This document shows positions 1 through 10,465 of a DNA stretch of 64,000 bases, one piece after another (position 1 is the stretch's first letter; every line of letters begins with the position of its first letter). The translations under genes and the position numbers were made by a program. The DNA is from Macrostomum lignano (taxonomy: Eukaryota), in NCBI GenBank assembly GCA_002269645.1, contig NIVC01000376.1, positions 186,001-250,000 on the forward strand, given 5' to 3'. Below the pieces are notes generated by a model. The model made no database searches and was not told the DNA's origin. It worked only from the letters and a program-made list of their open reading frames with translations.

Positions 1-550
1 GACACATTTAGGACACGTTTCGATACACATTTAGATACACTTAGGACACATTCGGACACATTTAGGATACATTTAGCACATGTAGATACATTTAGCACAT
101 TTAGATACATTTAGGACACATTTAGCCACATTTAAGACACATTTGGAAACATTTAGGGCAAATTTAGATACATTTATATACATTTAGCACACATTTAGGA
201 TACATTTAGGACACATTTAGCACATGTAGATACATTTAGCACATTTAGATACATTTAGCACATTTAGATACATTTAGGACACATTTAGCCACATTTAAGA
301 CACATTTGGAAACATTTAGGGCAAATTTAGATACATTTATATACATTTAGCACACATTTAGGATACATTTAGGAAACATCGAGGCATATTTAGCGCATAT
401 TTAAATACATTTAGGACACATTGAGACACATTTATATGTACACACAAACTTCTTTAACCATTTCTTGAAACATAATTATATAAATGTATCTAAATATTTA
501 AGGCACATTTGAGGACACATTCTGATAAGATCAGGACACATTTAGGACAC
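1..550. repeat. Degenerate minisatellite, about 11-bp GACACATTTAG
   Basis: Tandem acattta core. Confidence 0.9.
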
Positions 551-751
551 ATGTAGACAGAAGACACTCATTAAGAAGTCTTTGAAACAAATTACTGCCA
601 GATTTAGACACCATCATAAAAATATGAGAAGCAGATGCTCGGGGGGGGAGCATTAGTCTCATGTTAACAGTCATTTAGTTGATTTATAGACTGATTTTTA
701 CAACCATGACGCTATATGGCCATTCAAGACAACTCTAAATGACTACTCCAG

Positions 752-1094
752 ATGCGAGTCCATGACCAACCACGGCCTGACCAAATTTGCTGACGGTAAC
801 AACGCTGCTGAGGTGACCCACCTGCACTGGATCAAGGCGAACGTCAACTCTGGTCGGTCGTTCTTTGTCGGCGGATTCCGACCGGGCGGGTCCACCTGGG
901 ACCCCTGGTTCTGGCGCGGCTGCAACTCCTCCTTCCTGCCGGAGGTCTGGGGCTACGGGCAGCCCAACGAAGGCGTCAGCGCCGACCGGAGCAACGTGTG
1001 GTCAACCCACTCGTCCGGCATAGATGACGTAACCTACAAATACTCTTCCATTGGCCAGGCTCTGTGCGAGTGCGTGGATCCATTTGCTGATTGA
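752..1094 (+). CDS. Terminal coding exon of a C-type lectin-domain protein (upstream exons outside window)
   Basis: Acceptor ctccag|752; frame gives CESMTNHGLTKF...E...L...FFVGG...W.W...WGYGQPN...IDDV...ALCEC then stop at 1094. The C..L..E, W..GQPN and terminal CE pattern is typical of CTLDs. Confidence 0.75.
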
Positions 1095-1144
1095 GATTGA
1101 GAAATGTTTCAGATTACAAGGCGATTCAGGCACAGCCTTTGATT

Positions 1145-1882
1145 AGGGGAGGCTTAGACAGTTTTTAGGGGAGACTTAGATAGTTTTTAGGGGAGACTTA
1201 GACAGTTTTTAGGGGGAGTTAAGTCCATTTTAGGGGAGACTTAGACAGTTTTTAGGGGGAGTTAAGTCCATTTTAGGGGAGACTTAGACAGTTTTTAGGG
1301 GGAGTTAAGTCCATTTTAGGGGAGACTTAGACAGTTTTTAGGGGGAGTTAAGTCCATTTTAGGGGAGGCTTAGACAGTTTTTAGGGGAGACTTAGACAGT
1401 TTTTAGGGGAGGCTTAGACAGTTTTTAGTGGAGACTTAGACAGTTTTTAGGGGAGGCTTAGACAGTTTTTAGGGGAGGCTTAGACAGTTTTTAGGGGAGA
1501 CTTAGACAGTTTTTAGGGGAGACTTGGACAGTTTTTAAGGGAGGCTTAGACAGTTTTTAGGGGAGACTTAGACAGTTTTTAGGGGAGACTGAGACAGTTT
1601 TTACGGGGAGTTAAGTCCATTTTAGGGGAGACTTAGACAGTTTTTAGGGGAGGCTTAGACAGTTTTTAGGGGAGACTTAGACAGTTTTTAGGGGAGACTT
1701 AGACAGTTTTTAGGGGAGGCTTAGACAGTTTTTAGAAGAGGCTTAGACAGTTTTTAGGGGAGGCTTAGACAGTTTTTAGGGGAGACTTAGATAGTTTTTA
1801 GGGGAGACTTAGACAGTTTTCAGGGGAGACTTAGATAGTTTTTAGGGGAGGCTTAGACAGTTTTTAGGGGAGATTTAGACAA
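1145..1882. repeat. 22-bp minisatellite GGGGAGACTTAGACAGTTTTTA
   Basis: Direct tandem copies. Confidence 0.95.
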
Positions 1883-2715
1883 TTTTATTGATTTGTGGGA
1901 GGTTCCCACGGAAATTAATTCTCAGAGTTGATGGAAAGTTAATAAAGGCCAGATTTTAATTTTAATGAAAATGCATTAGCAAGATATTTGGTTCCTGCTT
2001 TTTCAATAATTTTCAGCTGCAAAATAAATTCCTGAAATACAAATTTCCGTAGAATTTTGCGTTTTCACAAATAAAAATCGGCCTTCTAAACCAAATAATC
2101 TGACCTCTGTAAACCCCCATTTTTAACGGAAAATCTTTTAAAACCGAAATAAATCTTCTTCAAAGCTTGTCAAACTACAGTGTTAACTTTATTTGCAGAA
2201 AAATGAATCATCTTTTTGTCTTGAAATTGTCGCCAATAGCTGACAATCTCACAGATGGCTTGAGTCGGATATCAGACAAAAATATCTGCAAGGGTGAAAT
2301 TTCACAACGCATTTGCTGCGGTTGCTATGGCAACTAAAGACTATACGTAGAAGCTGGCCGCATCAGAGAACCGGTGGGGGACCGCTACAATGCCATAGGC
2401 AAAGAGCAAATAAAAGATTGGAAAACGCTGACAATGGGAATAATGGAGACTAGGGGAGAATTTCGGTTGAGAATTAATGTGATAATTGTATCCAGACCAG
2501 ACTAAATAGACTGGGGGAGAGATGATAGACTGAGGGGGGAAATAGACTGAGGGGGGAAATAGACTGGGGGAAGATGATAGACTCCAAGGGGGGAAATAGG
2601 CTGAGGGGGAGATAGGCTGGGGGAAGATGATAGACTGCAAGGGGGGGAAATAGACTGAGGGGGAAGATGATAGACTGCAAGGGGGAAAATAGACTGAGGG
2701 GGAAGATAGGCTGGG

Positions 2716-3079
2716 GGGCCGTAGCCCAGCGGTAGCGCAGCTGCTCTGGTGTGCCGGCGACCCAGGCTCGATTCCAAGTGCAGTCACATTAATTTGGGGC
2801 TGAATTGGAATCTCGGCTTGGCTCTGCTCGTGCAATTGAGAGCCAACCCTTGAGAGCCAACCCCCCAAGGCGCAGTGAAGTGTACATGCCTAATGATAAT
2901 ATAAAGTTAGGGCCGCTGTACACTCCTGTGTGAGTGTGTGCCTGCGTACGTATCCGCGCGCTTGTATGCCTGCTCAGGGGAGTCGGCGGAATGGGCAGTA
3001 AATGCCTCTCGCCGGTTGCGTGCCTATGTCGCCTAAAGTGCGCCAGGGTGCACACAACCCCCCTGCCTCTAAAAAAAAA
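2716..3079 (+). mobile_element. tRNA-derived SINE, copy 1, with poly-A tail and about 15-bp TSD
   Basis: Head ggggccgtagcccagcggtag (A box) ... ggctcgattcc (B box); A9 tail; aagataggctggggg flanks both ends (2703-2717, 3078-3092); homologous inverted copy at 59.9-60.2 kb. Confidence 0.85.
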
Positions 3080-3213
3080 GATAGGCTGGGGGAAGATGAT
3101 AGACTGAGGGGGGGGTAGCCTTTTGTTGAGATGATAGACTGAGGGGGAAAATAAATAGACTGGGGGAGAGATAGACTGAGGGAGAGAGGATACACTGGGA
3201 GCGAGATGATAGA

Positions 3214-3515
3214 CAAGGACTATTTTTTTACTTAACAACACAGGACGTTACACTTGCAAATATTGGCAGAATTGTAAAAGGCCGCTTTGAATGTATGTGT
3301 CTACGGTTTTAGTGGCCTTTTTGCTTAGTCATCTCATGAGCACCAAGTAGACAAGAGCAAACAGCTCACTTCTCTGCGTTCTCGGAATATTTTATTTCCT
3401 GCTTCAAATTCAATTGAATTATACAAGATGCGGACGAAGTGTTCATTCAAAGCGGCCTTTTAGAATTCTGCCAATATTTGCAAGTGTAACGTCCTGTGTT
3501 GTTAAGTAGTCCTTG
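3214..3515. mobile_element. MITE, hAT-like (about 70-80-bp TIRs, 8-bp TSD)
   Basis: Left caaggacta..acttaacaacacaggacgttacacttgcaaatattggcagaatt..gccgctttgaatg is the reverse complement of 3444-3515; atgataga is duplicated at 3206-3213 and 3516-3523; no ORF. Confidence 0.85.
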
Positions 3516-5176
3516 ATGATAGACTGGGAGAGAGGATAGACTGGGAGCGAGATGATAGACTGGGAGAGAGGATAGACTGAGGGGGAGATGATAGACTGAA
3601 GGGGAGATGATAGACTGAGGGGGGAGATGATAGATTGGGGGAGTGATGATAAACTGGGGGAGAGATAATAGACTAAGGGAGAGATGATAGACGAAGTGAG
3701 AGATTATAGACTGAAGGAGCGATGATAGAATATATGATAGACGGAGGGAGAGATGATAGACTGAGGGGGAAGATATACTGGGGGAGAGATGATAGACTGG
3801 AGGGGTTAGAAGGAAGTGCTGAATGCAATGCAATGCAATGAGAGAGTCCGCATGTGGAGAGAGACATATAGAGAGTTATTTGAACGGATGCATAGAGTGA
3901 GAGGAATGCATCATCATGCAGAGTATTGGAGCTAAATGCAGCTGCAAGCACTCTCGCATTGTTTTGCGAGACATGCATTTTTGTGCAATCAATAATCCTT
4001 GTTCAAATAAGAGCCTCTGTCGATTCTAGTTGAGTGAATAAAATGGCAAAATCATCATTTCTTAATCATATATGTTGCTATGAAAGCTCTATTTCGGTTG
4101 CTTATAGTTGGATTTAAAGTGTCTAAATGTATAAATATTTAGATTGATACAATTTTACCAAATTTTTCCAAGATGTGTTTGTCGAAGTTATGTTGCTTTA
4201 ATTGTCTCGTCGACCAGGTGTTTCTGCATCAGCTCTGACTTTGTTGGTCACGGCCGCCTTCACCCAGAGGGAGCTTCTGGACTTTCAACAGGTGGCACCA
4301 GCCGACTATGGATTCACCCTGTATGAAAGTATCTAACGCAAATATTGTTAATTACAGATAGCGATTTTAAAAAAATCCCTACTTGACTACATCCTACTCA
4401 CTTCAAGAGTAGGATATAACGCACAATTTTAGTGGATCGCGAATTTTTGCTAGGTCAAGTAATGAGCTTTCTTACCGTGGTATTCAGTGGGGCTTTCAGT
4501 GCAGAATTATTTTGTGCTAACGAAAACAACGAAATTAGTTTTTTTTAATCTTAGTGTGTTTAAGTGTTAGTCTAAGAGCAGCTTATAGTGTTTGCGTTAG
4601 TGGCTGCCTCGCTAGTGGATCTGCTGGACAAAGATTTGCTAAAACTAAATACAATTACGAGCGTAGTTCAAACGCTTATTAACTTGTATGTAAATTTCTG
4701 TTAATAAGTGTTATAGTGTCTATACAGGTATCTTAATTATTCACTGTGGGCACATTCACTCAGCAAAATGTAGAAGTTTCCACTCCGAAAACAGTGGTTG
4801 CAATTTTTTTCTCTGTCATTTACTCGGCACATTTACGGAATAGTTTTAACAGTGATTATATTTTAGAAAATTATTGCGTTCAGACATCAGTCCCCCTTAG
4901 GGGGGAGACGTGTGCTAGTCCTATATACTAAAAATAATGAGTTGTCTGTCCATATATTTCCACATATACTAAATTTTCAGGCTGACCATTAATCATCCAT
5001 TTTCAAAAATTAAAACAGCTAGTCATCAGCTAGTGCTTAATTCCATAATTAGTTTAGTGGCAACTCAGTTTAAAATCAGCACCGCCTAGTTGCCTTGGTG
5101 ATCCACTTGAGTGTCGAAGATTTACAATGCTTTCCAGCTGCAGTTGTTACCGGGGCCCGTGATAACAAAATTTTCG

Positions 5177-5370
5177 GTGAGTATTTGCTCAGCATCTCAG
5201 ATTAGCTCTGTGGCGAATTGTTTGCACCCTGTGGGGCGCAAGGTACTTGAAACCAGCCGATAACGGACCCAGATGCAACTGGGCACAGGGACGAGATAAC
5301 GTTGGGCTAGTTTTAAACTGGAATAAATTAGTCCGATCCGGCACCTTCGAGAGAAATAACCGATTCTTAG
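5177..5370 (+). other. Possible 5'-UTR intron of Amt
   Basis: Consensus donor ttcg|gtgagt at 5177 and acceptor attcttag at 5370, 26 nt before the ATG; no transcript evidence. Confidence 0.35.
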
Positions 5371-5396
5371 GTACCCGATAATAGCAACATCAAATT

Positions 5397-5604
5397 ATGG
5401 GCTGGAACATCACGGAACTTGCCAGGCAAATCCATCAACTGGAGGCGCAGGTGAATGCCACTAACGACTCTTTGAACGATTATTTTCGGTGCATCGCCTC
5501 CATATTGATCTGGTTCATGCAGTGCGGCTTCGCTTTCTTGGAGGCTGGCGCTGTCCGGTCAAAGAATGTCACCAACATCCTCATCAAGAATATGATGGAC
5601 TCGT
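5397..5604 (+). CDS. Amt: Ammonium transporter exon 1
   Basis: ATG 5397; FMQCGFAFLEAGAVRSKNVTNILIKNMMD is the conserved metazoan Amt TM1 motif; donor gtgagt at 5605 (phase 1). Confidence 0.93.
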
Positions 5605-5724
5605 GTGAGTTTCGGGGGGTCCTCTGTGTTTCTAGGAATGCTGACGCATACCCTGACCCTGACGCCCATTTTATCACTCTTTGATAGCTATTATTTCGTC
5701 ACTTCCTCAACGCGTATTTTTGTA

Positions 5725-6235
5725 ACTCTCTGACACCTAATTGGACACTCCTCTGACACTTACTTGGTCACTCTCCTGACGCCTAGTTAGCTAGACACTC
5801 CTCTGACACTTACTTGGTCACTCTCCTGACGCCTAGTTAGCTAGACACTCCTCTGACACTTACTTGGTCACTCTCCTGACGCCTAGTTAGCTAGACACTC
5901 CTCTGACACTTACTTTGTCACTCTCTTGACACTTAAATTGGACAATCCTCTGACACTTACTTTGTCACTCTCTTGACACTTAAATTGGACAATCCTCTGA
6001 CACTTTGTCACTTTCCTGACACCTAATTGGACACTCCACTGACACTTACTATGTCATCCTCCTGACACTTAATTGAGCACTCCTCTGGCACTTACTCTGT
6101 CACTCTCCTAACACCAAATTGGTCACTCCTTTGACATCTATTTTGTCACTCTCCTGACATTTAATTGGTCACTCCCTTGACACTAAAATTTTCACACCTT
6201 GACAACCACATTGTCATTCCCCTGACACTTATCAC
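5725..6235. repeat. Degenerate CTCTGACACTTAC minisatellite, Amt intron 1
   Basis: Tandem copies. Confidence 0.85.
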
Positions 6236-6347
6236 CAATGTTATTCCTATTTAAAATGTGCCGAGAGGAATCGAGCCCGGTACCTGTGACGCAAGAGTCG
6301 GACGCGGTAACCGCTGGGCCACTCTTCCCCCACCCCCCGCCCCGCAG

Positions 6348-6578
6348 TCGTGGGCGGCATAGCCTATTATCTATTTGGCTACGCGCTTGCGTTCGGCGAG
6401 CCGGGCAGCTTCTTCTGCGGCACCCGCTACTGGGCGTTGCATAACCTGTCGAGCAGCGAGTACTCCCACGTCTTTCTCAACTACGTGTTCGCCTCGACCT
6501 CTGCAACCATCGTTAGCGGTGCGGTGGCCGAACGGTGCGAGTTCGCGGCCTACATGTTCTACACTGTGCTCATTGCCG
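6348..6578 (+). CDS. Amt: Ammonium transporter exon 2
   Basis: Acceptor cccgcag; FVGGIAYYLFGYALAFG...FASTSATIVSGAVAERC; donor gtgcgt at 6579 (phase 1). Confidence 0.93.
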
Positions 6579-6679
6579 GTGCGTTGTTAATTGCTTTTTT
6601 ACCCTCGGCGAAACTAAAAAGTGGACAAGCCGCGAGAGTCAAACAAGGGCACAGAGAAGCTGAAACTTACTAATTATTT

Positions 6680-7006
6680 ACGAGTTATTATAATATAATA
6701 ATAATATTAGTTGATTTAACCTGTCCCGATTGAGCCAGATGTGCAACCGACAGCTCAGCCGCAGCTATTGCGCGGCGCATCTGAAGGCTGCGTACGGCTG
6801 TTCAGTACAAGGACTGAAGGGGAGTCGCCACACACAGCCTCAATTACCCCAGCTAATGCTGGCACCCATTTTACAGCTGGGTGAACTGAAGCAATGCAGT
6901 GTTAAGTGTCTTGCTCAAGGACACAAATTGTTCCATTGGGATCGGGAATCGAACCCCAGACCTTCAAGTCGTTAGTCCAACGCTCTAACCACTAGTCTAC
7001 AACCCC
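6680..7006 (-). mobile_element. CORE-type tRNA-derived SINE in Amt intron 2
   Basis: Minus strand: ggggttgtagactagtggttagagcg...ggttcgattccc head, then tgtgtccttgagcaagacacttaac...cacccagctgtaaaatgggt (CORE-like), ending in a (TTA)-like AT-rich tail. Confidence 0.8.
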
Positions 7007-7080
7007 TGTTTTACTAGTTAATACATGTTCTTTAACACTCTACTCATAGTAGAAATGCGCGAATTCTGTGCACTCCGCAG

Positions 7081-7190
7081 GATTTGCATATCCAATTGCC
7101 ACGCACTGGGCCTGGTCGGACTCGGGCTGGCTGCGCCAAGGCGCGAACGTCACCTACTGGAATGGGGAAAGCGGCGTCTCCGGATTTCAG
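7081..7190 (+). CDS. Amt: Ammonium transporter exon 3
   Basis: Acceptor ctccgcag; GFAYPIATHWAWSDSGWL; donor gttggt at 7191 (phase 0). Confidence 0.9.
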
Positions 7191-7289
7191 GTTGGTAGGC
7201 GCCTGGTCTGGTGCATGTACGGGGTGTTGTTGGCAGCTAGAGAGGTTGCAGCCAGAGGAAGGAAAGTCCCTGATATTGACTGAGATATG

Positions 7290-7684
7290 CTGTCTCTTGG
7301 TGGGCGCCCCTGTCTCTTGGTGGGCGCCCCTGTCTTTTGGTGGGCGCCCCTGTCTCTTGGTGGGCGCCCCTGTCTCTTGGTGGGTGCCCCTGTCTCTTGG
7401 TGGGTGCCCCTGTCTCTTGATGGGCGCCCCTGTCTCTTGGTGGGTGCCCCTGTCTCTTGGTGGGTGCCCCTGTCTCTTGGTGGGTGCCCCTGTCTCTTGG
7501 TGGGTGCCCCTGTCTCTTGGTGGGTGCCCCTGTCTCTTGGTGACTTCCCCTGTCTCTTGGTAGGCGCCCCTGTCTCTTGGTAGGCGCCCCTGTCTCTTGT
7601 TGGGCGCCCCTGTCTCTTGGTAGGCGCCCCTGTCTCTTGTTGGGCGCCCCTGTCTCTTGGTAGGCGCCCCTGTCTCTTGGTAGG
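7290..7684. repeat. 20-bp minisatellite CTGTCTCTTGGTGGGCGCCC, Amt intron 3
   Basis: About 20 near-perfect copies. Confidence 0.95.
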
Positions 7685-7759
7685 GTGAAAACCGGAGAGA
7701 CGGTTAGAGCGAGTGGGAAGCGGAGACCAAAGCTGATGCCAGAAGCCGCCCCACCTCAG

Positions 7760-8117
7760 GACCACGCGGGCTCCGGAGTCGTCCACCTCCTTGGCGGCAC
7801 GTCGGCCTTCGTGGCAGCCTGCATTTTAAAGCCGCGACTGCACCGGTTCGACCCCGCGACGGGAAAACCGCGGGACATCCGCGGCCATTCCGTGCCCGTA
7901 GTCTCGCTGGGCGCGTTCATTCTGTTCTTCGGCTTCTTCGCATTCAATGGCGGCTCGCTGAATCACATCACGGGAAAAGGCGACGGGGTGGTGGTGGCCA
8001 CCGCCATGCTGAACACCTGCATCAGCGGCTGCGTGGCCGCCTTCATCACCCTGATTCTGGTGCGCCTGCACTCCAAGACCTGGTCACTGCTCAGCGCGGT
8101 GAACGGGGCGTTGGCCG
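7760..8117 (+). CDS. Amt: Ammonium transporter exon 4
   Basis: Acceptor cacctcag; DHAGSGVVHLLGG...ILFFGFFAFNGGS...NGALA; donor gtaagc at 8118 (phase 1). Confidence 0.93.
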
Positions 8118-8204
8118 GTAAGCAGCTTAGGTGTATAAGCTGGTGTCATTTGGCTTGAACCCAAAAAGCTTGAACCTTGGCTCCAGCCCAGAAACTTGAC
8201 ATCA

Positions 8205-8956
8205 AAAGACGCGAAACCAAAAACCCAAAATATAAAAAGTCGAAACCGAAAATCAAAAAACCGAAAACGCGAAAGCACAAACCCGAAACTGAAAACCCAA
8301 AACGCGAAAGCACAAACCCGAAACCAAAAACCTAAAAACGAAAACCCGAAACCTGAAACCCGAAACCAAAAACCCGAAACCCGAAAAAAACTTCAAACTC
8401 GAAAACAAAAACGCGAAATCAAAACCCGAAACTGAAAACCCGAACCCAAAAACCTGAAACCAAAAACCCGAACCCAAAAAACCGAACCCAAAAACCCGAA
8501 ACCGCAAACCCAAAACCAAAAACTCGAACCCAAAAAATCGAAACCAAAAACCCGAACCCAAAAACCCGAAACCAAAAACCCGAAACCGAAAAGCCAAAAC
8601 CAAAAACCCAAACCCAAAAACCTGAACCCAAAAACCCGAACCCAAAAACCTGAAACCGAAAACCCAAAACCAAAAACCCGAACCTAAAAACCCGAACCCA
8701 AAAACCCGAACCCAAAAACCCGAAACCAAAAACCCGAACCCAAAAACCCGAACCCAAAAACCCGAACCCAAAAACCTGAACTCAAAAACCCGAATCCGAA
8801 AACCCAAAACCAAAAACTCGAACCCAAAAACTCGAAACCAAAAACCCGAAACCGAAAACCCAAAACCAAAAACTCGAAACCAAAAACCCGAAACCAAAAA
8901 CCCGAAACCGAAAACCCGAACCCAAAAACCCGAACCCAAAAACCCGAACCAAAAAC
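8205..8956. repeat. AAAAACCCGAACCC-type repeat, Amt intron 4
   Basis: Tandem A-tract/CCCGAA units running up to the acceptor. Confidence 0.95.
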
Positions 8957-8958
8957 AG

Positions 8959-9393
8959 GCATGGTGAGCATCTGCGCGGGCTGCAACAGCTACCAGCCAT
9001 GGGCCGCGGTGATCGTTGGTTTCCTCGCCCCCTACTTCTACCTGGCCGTGGCCCGCCTCGTTCTCAAGTTTCGAGTCGACGATCCGCTCGAAGCTGTCGG
9101 CGTCCATTTCGGCGGCGGCCTGCTGGGCCTGCTGGCGGTGCCGTTCCTGAAGGACGGTGACGGCCTGGTGTTCGGGGCGCACCCCAGGGGCGGCATGGAC
9201 CTGCTGTGGCAGCTCATCGGCGCCTGCGCCATCTCCGGCTGGTCTGCAGCTGCCTCCTTCATCATATTCGGCGTCCTACACCTGCTGGGGATGTTCCGGG
9301 TGCCGGCGGAGGTCGAGGAGAAGGGCCTGGACATTCCCAAGCACGGGGAGCCTGCCTACCCGCTCATGGCCTACGGGCACGGCTGGGGGGAGA
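8959..9393 (+). CDS. Amt: Ammonium transporter exon 5
   Basis: Acceptor aaaaacag; GMVSICAGC...VDDPLEAVGVHFGGG...EEKGLDIPKHGEPAYP; donor gtgagt at 9394 (phase 1). Confidence 0.93.
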
Positions 9394-9399
9394 GTGAGT

Positions 9400-9950
9400 T
9401 TGAGATCTGGGATCTGGGAGAATGGGATTTGGGATCTGGGATCTGGGATCTGGGATTTGACATTAGAGGACAGTTGGAATATTGGAATTTGAAATTTTGA
9501 AATATTGAGAGGAAGATTCTAGAAGAGTGGCAATATTAAGATAATGGGATTAGGGATCTGGGAGAGTGGGAGTATTGGGATTAGCGATCTGGGAGAGTGG
9601 GACTATTGGGATTAGAGATCTGGGAGAGTGGGACTATTGGGATTAGAGATCTGGGAGAGTGGGACTATTAGGATTTAGGATGTGGGAGATTGGGAGAGTG
9701 AGACTTGCTCAAAATACATTAGTTAAACTAATGTCCATCGCCCACCCACCGACAGAGATACCAGAGCTGTCTTTTATTGGTATTGAAGTGTTCAGCCAAA
9801 GGCGACGCCAGAGTGAGTCTGATTAATAATTGCTGTGAATTCTGCGTCCGCACCCATCCCACACTCATCCCACACCCATCCCACACCCATCCCATACTCA
9901 TCCCATACTCATGCCACACCCACCCCACACTCACCCAAACCCTGGCCAAC
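9400..9950. repeat. GATCTGGGAGAGTGGGACTATTGGGATTA array (9400-9705) and CCCATCCCACACT array (9845-9950), Amt intron 5
   Basis: Tandem copies at the two intron ends. Confidence 0.85.
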
Positions 9951-9958
9951 ACACTCAG

Positions 9959-10167
9959 AGATCTCCAGGCGGCAGGGCAGCTCAGCGCAGGTGCTGCCCA
10001 GCACCAGAAACCGAGACCGACTCTTTAACGACATGAACTTGCCGGAGGTTGGCGCAGCGATTCGAACCATCGGCGAAGGAGGCAGCGAAGGCGTCGGCGG
10101 CGGCAGCGGCCCGCCAGCGGCCACGAGTGAGGCTTCTCCTCCGGGAGAAGGAGTAGATCGATTTTGA
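9959..10167 (+). CDS. Amt: Ammonium transporter exon 6 (cytoplasmic tail, stop)
   Basis: Acceptor acactcag is phase-compatible; open GC-rich frame to TGA at 10165-10167; six exons total 1551 nt = 516 aa plus stop. Confidence 0.7.
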
Positions 10168-10299
10168 GCAGCCCATGCTTTGATAAACCAATGAGGCCAT
10201 TCGGACAGACTTTTAATATCTGACATCAACCCAGGTTTTAGCGCCCTTGAGTGCGCGACTTTCGGCGCAACTTTTGCAAACTGTAGGGCGCAATTTTTA

Positions 10300-10465
10300 G
10301 ACACCGTTTGGCGCCATTTTTAGACACCGTTTGGCGCCATTTTTAGACACCGTTTGGCGCCATTTTTAGACACCGTTAGGCCCCATTTTTAGACACTACT
10401 AGATGGTTATTTTCAGACACTGTTTGGTGCCATTTTTAAACACGGTTGGGCGCCATTTTTAGACA
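10300..10465. repeat. 23-bp minisatellite TTTTTAGACACCGTTTGGCGCCA
   Basis: About 6-7 copies, decaying to the right. Confidence 0.9.

Larger units (their letters stand above)
2505..3812. repeat. GATGATAGACTGAGGGG-type minisatellite interrupted by a SINE and a MITE
   Basis: Tandem gatagact core on both sides of both insertions. Confidence 0.9.

Noticed and set aside
4391-4416. Short hairpins (atcctactc..gagtaggat; also near 40783-40822 and 62992-63012) as Helitron ends or pre-miRNAs
   Set aside because: Stems are only 7-10 bp with no proper CTAG terminus or miRNA-length stem.
2716-7006. tRNA genes at 2716-2785 and 6935-7006
   Set aside because: A/B boxes are present but the heads run into SINE bodies and tails and lack a complete cloverleaf.
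8205-8956. Interstitial telomere
   Set aside because: The unit is TTCGGG/TTTTTGGG-like rather than TTAGGG, is degenerate, and sits inside an intron.
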